This document shows positions 56,425 to 64,000 of a DNA stretch of 64,000 nucleotides, piece after piece. Source of the DNA: Octopus vulgaris (lineage: Eukaryota); the NCBI GenBank assembly GCA_951406725.2, contig OX597839.1, positions 7,812,001-7,876,000 of the forward strand. The letters run 5' to 3'. Position numbers and translations under genes: made by a program. Each line of letters begins with the position of its first letter. The first letter of the stretch is position 1. The notes beneath the pieces were generated by a model. That model had not been told where the DNA came from. It did no database searches and worked only from the letters and a program-made list of their open reading frames with translations.

Positions 56425-56766
56425 GTGATGGTGATGATGATGATGATGATGATTAGGATGACAACGATAATGAATGATGGTGATGATGATGATGGTGATG
56501 GTGATGATGATGATGATGATGATGATTAGGATGACAACGATAATGCCGGTGATGGGAGCTGTGACGATGACGATGACAACGATGATGGGGATGACGATAA
56601 TGACGATGATGTGAAGGAGGAGGAGGAGGAGGAGTAAGGAAGAGGCGTAAGGAGGAAGAGTATGGGGGAGGTGAAGGTGGTGATGATGACGATGATGATC
56701 GTGATGAAGATGACGATGACGATGATGATGATGATGATGATGATTATGATGATGATGATGATGTTG

Positions 56767-56798
<32 letters not shown>

Positions 56799-57235
56799 CA
56801 TCATGATCATGATGATGGTGACGACCATAACGACGACGACGACGATGGCAATGACGATGGTGATGATGCTAATTTGGAGGCGAACGAGGAGGGATGCGAC
56901 GATGATGATAACGATAATGATGATGATGACGATTATGATAATATAATGATGTTGACGACAACGAACGACGACGACGATGTAGGGAAAGAGGAGGAGGGGG
57001 GAGGAGGGAGAAGGGTAAATCTTCTTCACTGACCACAAAGATTCATCAAAACGAAAGAATGTCTTGAACGAAAAGTTACGACCCTAAACATTTTTTAGCT
57101 GTTTTTCCATAGCACCTATTCGAAGTAATAGTAAAAACATCTAGTAACACCTACACACAAAAAACATGAAAATCTCATGAAATATTCCTCGACAGAGAAA
57201 ATAGCTTCAGAGTCAATAGCGAAACACCTACAATA

Positions 57236-57540
57236 CCTATTTCTTTACTACCCACAAGGGGCTAAACACAGAGAGGACAAACAAGGACAGACAAACGGAT
57301 TAAGTCGATTATATCGACCCCAGTGCTCCTAACTGGCACTTAATTTATCGACCCCGAAAGGATGAAAGGCAAAGTCTACCTCAGCGGAATTTGAACTCAG
57401 AACGTAACGGCAGACGAAATACGGCTACGCATTTCGTCCGGCGTGCTAACGTTTCTGCCAGCTCGCCGCCTTTAAAACCAGATAAAATGCCGTTAAGCGT
57501 TTTGCCAGGCGTGCTAACATTTCTGCCAGCTCGCCGCCTC
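57236..57540 (-). mobile_element. SINE family B with duplicated head; caatacct direct repeats
   Basis: caatacct at 57231 and 57541; head motif ggcgtgctaac.tttctgccagctcgccgcc occurs twice. Confidence 0.85.
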
Positions 57541-57639
57541 CAATACCTGGCTCACGCGGGCCACCAAAAGTAATTTGTTTCTTATTTCAGTCGTTTTCTG
57601 GCTTACAGGTTCATGCGCAGATTAGACCTGTTCACACGT

Positions 57640-58250
57640 ATCCCGTTTACTGCTCTCATTTTTCAACAAATTGATAAGAAGACACTGACGCTCCTTCAAA
57701 CATTCTTTGATATAATCAAAATTAAGATCTGTTTGAAGAGAGAAGTATGCCTACCATTCTTTTAGTTTCATCTACCAGACGACCTTTTTATCCATTATCT
57801 ACCCTTCCTTGCCAAATGAAGGTGGTGGAGCATTCTCGGACGATTGCCAGATCTGTCCTACATACGAAAACAGTTTCACCACTCAGTGCGCGTCTCAAAC
57901 AGGTCCATTTGACAGAACTGTGATTGTAGAATTTGTCCCAATTCGGTAATGCACTTCTCAACGGTGAGCACTGCCAAGCTAGATTTGGACCGAATCATAT
58001 CCAGAAGAATCGTCTTCTTCACAACACACATCCTCTATGGAACGCCTAAGCGGAAACCCTATTGTCCAGCAGAGGATCGTGATCACCTAACAACATTTTT
58101 GATGTTAGCCACCTTCCTGATGTCCACTTGATTCAGAACTTCAGCTCATTCAAAGAATCGAGAAGAGGAAAGATCTGCTTGACAAAAAGCGGCTACACTT
58201 CCTTACATTGTAAGAATATTTGGACACGCAGCAAAATTAGCGCAAGCCTA
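57640..58250 (-). pseudogene. Probable L1/Tx1-type LINE RT remnant
   Basis: Degenerate minus-strand KVANIKNVV..SAGQ*GF and KNGRHTSLFKQIL..SKNV resemble the SPG.DGF and NWRPISLL..D.KI.SK motifs. Confidence 0.45.
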
Positions 58251-58322
58251 TTCATTCGTAACAACAGATGAACAGGTTTTAAAAAATGGAACTCTTACCT
58301 CCTCATGATCTAAAATAGTACA

Positions 58323-58742
58323 TACCTATTTCTTTATTACCCACAAGGGGCTAAACACAGAGGGGACAAACAAGGACAGACATAGGTATTAAGTCGATTA
58401 CATCGACCCCAGTGCGTAACTGGTACTTAATATATCGACCCCGAAAGGATGAAAGGCAAAGTCGACATCGGCGGAATTTGAACTCACAACGTAACGCAGA
58501 CGAAATACTTATTTCTTTACTGCCCACAAGGGGCTAAACACAGAGAAGACAAACAAGGACAGACAAACGGATTAAGTCGATTATATCGACCCCAGTGCCT
58601 TAACTGGTACTTATTTAATCGACCCCGAAAGGATGAAAGGCAAAGTCAACCTCGGCGGAATTTGAACTCAGAACGTAAAGACAGACGAAATACGGCTACG
58701 CATTTCGCCTGGCGTGCTAACGTTTCTGCCAGCTCGCCGCCT
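58323..58742 (-). mobile_element. SINE family B dimer inside a single 12-bp TSD
   Basis: taaaatagtaca at 58311-58322 and 58743-58754. Confidence 0.88.
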
Positions 58743-59038
58743 TAAAATAGTACAAACCCCAACCTCATCAGATGAGAACTGGAGCAAAGCACAAATGCCT
58801 GGTATTAATATATAAGTGAGACTACTCATGCGTTTACTATCGTTGCCCAATCTTTCAAGGAGAGGTTCCACTCAGTTCATTTCCGAGTGAAACAAATACT
58901 TTTGCTCGTATCCTAGTCCCAGTTCATGTCCACCTAGAGGTATGATCTACCCACACCACAGCTTCCTGTCAGGATCTCGTATTACACCGGTGTATTAGCA
59001 CACAGAGCCTCATGTATATCTATACTGGGGTAATTTGA

Positions 59039-59303
59039 AGGCGGCGAGCTGGCAGAAACATTAGCACGCCGGGCAAAATGCGTAGCCGTAATTTCGTCTG
59101 TCGGTACGTTCTGAGTTCAAATTCCGCCGAGGTCGACTTTGCCTTTCATCCTTTCGAGGTCGATAAATTAAGTACCAGTTATGCACTGGGGTCGATAAAT
59201 TAAGTACCAGTTACGCACTGGGGTTGATATAATCGACTTAATCCGTTCGTCTGTCCTTTTTTGTCCTCTCTGTGTTTAGCCCCTTGTGGGTAGTAAAGAA
59301 ATA
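59039..59303 (+). mobile_element. SINE family B with internal duplication of about 33 bp and 18-bp TSD
   Basis: tatactggggtaatttga at 59021-59038 and 59304-59321. Confidence 0.92.
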
Positions 59304-60200
59304 TATACTGGGGTAATTTGATGCATTGGTTGGTATTCTTTGCCTTGTAACGTAACTCAGCTGTTCGATATATCATAATCGATAAACCAGGTAACAGACT
59401 GATATAACTTCTGCGTTCGATAAGATCCCCAAAAGCTCCGAGGAGTACTCCAGCATAGCCTCAACCTAATGAGGGACATTAATAAAAGAGTCGAATCGTA
59501 TTCTAATACACGATTTTGCTTGAGGTGTATTGTAAATAACGTTATAAATGCCAGCTGCCAAATATTGTGAAGAATTGATTGTGTCCTGCCGTCTATAGAA
59601 AATTAAACAACTGTTAAATAATCAGAAAAAAAAATCAAAACAAGTTGAATGAATAGATGGAAATTCCACAGGAATTATAACCTATACGTCTTCATTATTC
59701 AAATCCTTATAAAATTTAGATAAATATATTGAATATATATTAATCTTGGGATATATGTATGCGGCATAATATTAACATATTTAAGCTCATTTTTTAAAAA
59801 ATTCGAGTGTCAGCTAATATGTCAATGTTTTTTAATTCTATAAAGAACAAGGTAGAAATAAAAAACATGTTTATATCAATAAAAATTGATGATAACTTAT
59901 TTTATCGAAGTTTAATCAGTTTGTATTTAATACGGCAAACTGTGTATCTTAAGGTAAATTCTCACGTTAACTGTTCTATTTCAATCCGGCTTATCAAGCT
60001 TAAAACCATTGGCGTATTATGTGTATGTTAAAGTTTATTGAAAATTTCAGTAAACCGCAGCGAGGCATATCTTTATGAATAAGGTAAATAATTAGTCTTA
60101 AAGTCGATTCAGTTAAATGACTACAACTTTACAGGCGTCAGAGTCACTCCCTCTTAGTTAAAGCCTCTACGTTTAGGATCTCTCCTTTGCAGATTCACCA

Positions 60201-60590
60201 TAGATGAATTCTCCTGGTTGACGACGGAGGGCATTACCCAGCCAACGCAAACGTCCCGTTAGGACAAGTTATCCTAACGAGACCTCTGCGTTGGCTGGGT
60301 CATGCCTTCCGTCGTCAACCAGGAGAATTCATCTACGAAGCAATTGTCCCAGCTCCCCTTCAGGGTTGGCGAAAGCGATGTGGTGGACAACGAAAAACCT
60401 GGCTGATGACAGTCAAGGCTGATCTGGAACCCAGCCTACGCCCCCCATATCTACGGTGTTAGCCGCTGGAATAAGGAGTGGTTGGAGATCACGCGGTCGT
60501 TAGCCTCAAATCGCCAGGCCTGGTCGGCATTTGTGAGAAATGCAGCATTGAGGATGAATGAAGCCAGCTCAACCCAAGAAGAAGAAGATC
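60201..60590 (+). mobile_element. 5'-truncated RTE-type LINE 3' end with inverted duplication at its 5' junction
   Basis: LRWLGHAFRRQPGEFIYEAIVPAPLQGWRKRCGGQRKTWLMTVKADLEP / RWNKEWLEITRSLASNRQAWSAFVR, ending in (GAA)n. Confidence 0.85.
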
Positions 60591-60802
60591 CACCATACAT
60601 CGTTTCTCAGAACAGGTACTTCTACCGTTCTGTAGCGGGAGGATAAATAGGCAAAATCTACTCTGGCGGAATTTGAACATACAACGTTTAGTACGTTAGA
60701 TAATTTACAATCTCTGTCAGTCCTTAAAAATCGAAGAACATTAAGATTGTCTTGAAAATGATATATGGGGAGAATGTAAAGAGAACAAGTCCTAACAAGG
60801 GT

Positions 60803-60863
<61 letters not shown>

Positions 60864-60892
60864 GTAGGTAGGTAGGTAGGTAGGTAGGTAGG

Positions 60893-60975
<83 letters not shown>

Positions 60976-60980
60976 ATAGT

Positions 60981-61044
<64 letters not shown>

Positions 61045-61514
61045 CATAGAGTGAGACAGAGAAATAATATTGTGTTAGATGAACAAAGAAAAACGAGTTT
61101 TTGCTGGCCAATTTCTAAGATTCCTTTTTTAATGAAAAACAAACAGACACTGTATACAATATTTCTTTTTTCTCCTCTCATTTGCATAATTGTAAAAATT
61201 CTGAATTATCTGCCGCTAATCTTTTTCAATCACAAATTTAATCTTTCTGAATTAAAGTATGTTGATTTTGTTTTTCTCTGTATTTATTTTATATATTTAT
61301 CCTTTCCTATTTATTTATATATTTATTTATCCTTTCGCTCTTTATCTTCTTTTCGTCTTTCTTTCTACATTATTTTCTTTTCTTTTTTTTAGGTATTTAT
61401 TAATGTACTTATTTATTTCTCACATCCTTCATTCATTGCTGTGTATATTTCTAAGACACTTCTATTATTCTGTCCGTGTTCGAGCTTCAACAACCTCCAC
61501 TATGGGACAGCCAC

Positions 61515-61961
61515 GGATATTTTCAGTTTAAACGGCAGTTTTTTTTCTAGCGGTGTCATATGAAATTGTCACCCATAATTATGACCCTAGTATCGATCTA
61601 TTGCATTTCAATCTATTTTAGAATTAGGGTAAGAGTTAGAGTTAGTTAGGGTTAGGGTTAGGGTTAGCGGTGGGGGAAGGGTTTCTTTTTCCTTCAGAAA
61701 TGTAAATAAACCCAATTTGTTTCTTAAACGAGGGACATATTCATACGGCACAAAATGTTTTTTTACCTCAATAGACGTAGTTGATTGATTGAAATTGCAG
61801 AAATTGAAGAAAAAAAAAATATCTTACAAACCATAGAATTTTCTCAATAAAGCCAAGAGAAAAAGATGTTTTATAAACACATTCTACTAGTATACGAAGT
61901 TTAGAATATTTTAGTTACCTAGATATCATGTTAAAAACTGCCGTTCAAACCGAAAAGATCC
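61515..61961. mobile_element. Non-autonomous DNA transposon with 29-bp TIRs and internal TTAGGG repeats
   Basis: ggatattttcagtttaaacggcagttttt / aaaaactgccgttcaaaccgaaaagatcc; AC on both flanks; TTAGGG-like run at 61624-61667. Confidence 0.8.
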
Positions 61962-62127
61962 ACAGAACAACTATGGAACAAAATCGCAGCCACAATTGAA
62001 GTCTCTAATGTATTATGAAAGAATATAATAAAGATCATCCATACATTCTGGCATTTAAACAGTAATAAACTGTTTTGTAAAGCGTGACAATTCCATGAGC
62101 CGAAATATTTTAAGATGTCTGCAATGA

Positions 62128-62618
62128 TCAATTCATCGCAGGAGAGTTCACTGCTAACAATTCACCGTGAAGAAAGTTTACTCCGAGAAAAGCTCACCAC
62201 AAGGAAAGTGTACCGAGAAAACATATCCATAGTCTCACCATTCAGCGGATTCGCGGTCGAGGGATCGCGGGTTCGAATCTCAGACCGGGCGATGCGTGTG
62301 TTTATGAGCAAAACACCTAAGCTCCACGCGGCTCCGGCAGAAAGTAATGGCGAACTTTTGCTGACTCTTTCGCCACAACTTTCTCTCACTCTTTCCTCCT
62401 GCATCTAGCAGCTCACCTGTGATGGACCGGCGTCCTGTCCAGGTGGAGAAACTATATGCCGATGAAACCGGGAAACCGGCCCATTATGAGCCAGACATGG
62501 CTTGAAAAGGAACAAAACAATCTCACCATTAATAGTTAAAAACTATTTAATCGGAAAAATAAACGGTGAATTGATGCCGGTTAACTTTCTCTGCGGTGAA
62601 TTGATGACGGTTAACTTA
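62128..62618. mobile_element. Foldback MITE with short periodic subterminal repeats, interrupted by SINE C (62243-62520, 10-bp TSD)
   Basis: caattcaccg-like repeats on the left and cggtgaattg repeats on the right; TSD tctcaccatt at 62233-62242 and 62521-62530. Confidence 0.6.
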
Positions 62619-63084
62619 GCGGACATGCTGGAGATCATTTGGTTGGTAGCATCGGTTGAGCGACAGACGATACTTAGATGTGTATCTCTGTATCAACAAG
62701 ACCTTCGGATGTTGTTCTACAACACTGGTCATAATGCGCAACCATGCATTGTCGGAGTTTTCGTATGATGCCATATTGCTGGTTAGGCGTGTAGGCTTGT
62801 AGGTGAATGAACTGAAACAAAGAGGAATCGAAAGCACGGTCTTGATCTTGAGAACAACACCCTAACCACAAGTCCAAGCGCCTTTGTATTCGCGATATGA
62901 ATGTTGGTGTATAAATGTTGTTTGTTTAATGAACGATCTGCGAAACTTTAACCATTGTCATTACGATGAGACAGGAGAAAAGTATCAGTGGTGTGTCAGG
63001 TAAATTGATTTTTTCCCAAAAAATCAACGTCCTCGTTGGCAGAATCGGCAGAGCATCAGAAAAAGAAATGCCTTCCTATATTTC

Positions 63085-63266
63085 TTATTTCTTTACTACC
63101 CACAAGGGGCTAAACACAGAGGGGACAAACAAGGACAAACAAAGGGATTAAGTCGATTACATCGACCCCAGTGCGTAACTGGTACATAATTTATCGAGCC
63201 CGAAAGGACGAAAGGCAAAGTCGACCTCGGCGGAATTTGAACCCAGAACGTAACGGCAGACGAAAT
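63085..63266 (-). mobile_element. SINE family B, head truncated
   Basis: Tail and Nin-like core present. Confidence 0.85.
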
Positions 63267-63559
63267 GTTTTGTGGTTTTTAACTGATTTGTCTGATGTGC
63301 TGCGTTGGTTTTGGCGTTTGTATGCATGAGTGTGCATCAATACACATTCGCTTGCATATGTGAGTGCACACATACGAGTATGTTTCTGTCTTTGAGTGCT
63401 TTGTATGTATGCATGCTTATGCATTCATATGTGTGTATGTATGCCCATGTAAGTGTGTGTAGTTTGCTAAAGCGAGATGGAGAGGTCGTGGACGGTGTGG
63501 TGGTAGGGCGAGATGCGCTGCAGAACTGTGGTAGAGTTGATGGAGGTGACGGCGGCACG

Positions 63560-64000
63560 TGTGTCGTGGTGGTGGTAGAGGTTGCGTTGTTTTTGCTGTT
63601 GTTGTCGGTAATGTTGTCTGTGGTGATGGCGTTCGTGGTGGTGTTGGTGGTGTTGTTGTTGTTGTTGGTGGTGGTGGTATTGATAGTAGTGGCGACGGCA
63701 ACTGCGGTGGCAGTGGTGAAGTTGTCGGGTGGTGGTGGTGGTGGTAGGTGGTGGTGGTGGTGGTGGTGGTGGTGGTGGCGGTGGTGGTGGTGGTGGTTTG
63801 GCGGTGGTGGTGTTGGTGGTGGCGGTGGAGGTGGTGGTTTGGCGGTGGTGGTGGTGGTTTGGCGGTGGTGGTGGTGGTTTGGCGGTGGTGGTGGTAGCGG
63901 TGGTAGTGGTGGTCGTGGTAGTGGTGGTGGTGGTAATTTGGTGGTGGCGGTAGTGGTGGTAGTGGTGGTAGCGGTAGTGGTGGTGGTGGTGGTTTGGTGG
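63560..64000. repeat. (GGT)n-rich microsatellite
   Basis: Read directly. Confidence 0.9.

Noticed and set aside
62620-63000. Possible decayed DNA-transposase or exon sequence
   Set aside because: There are stops in the frames I read and no motif I can identify with confidence.
63729-63953. Gly/Val-rich ORF
   Set aside because: It is a (GGT)n microsatellite.

Overview
Eukaryotic, AT-rich, microsatellite-saturated non-coding DNA. The SINE families and repeat landscape look like an octopus genome; this is inferred from recognising the repeats, not from a database search. I find no intact host gene, and nearly all ORF-track entries are translations of (TA)n, (CA)n, (TAGA)n, (TAA)n, (CAT)n, (GGT)n or a CT-rich satellite. 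The window holds about 35 tRNA-derived SINE copies from about 4 families and decayed LINE remnants (RTE, R4/Dong, probable L1/Tx1). It also holds two Penelope-like RT/GIY-YIG remnants, Tc1/mariner fragments, several MITEs and a 3.6-kb satellite. The most notable signal is about 10 type I hammerhead-ribozyme-like motifs from at least 5 unrelated short elements. Most sit in (TA)n tracts, two form near-perfect head-to-head palindromes (42.9-43.7 kb), and several carry family-wide non-canonical cores (CUGUGGAA, CCGAYGA, U-U at the base of stem II). This fits a diverse non-autonomous Penelope-dependent, ribozyme-bearing retroelement system. A SINE with a 104-bp target-site duplication and a non-coding (TAA)n-targeting element are also notable.
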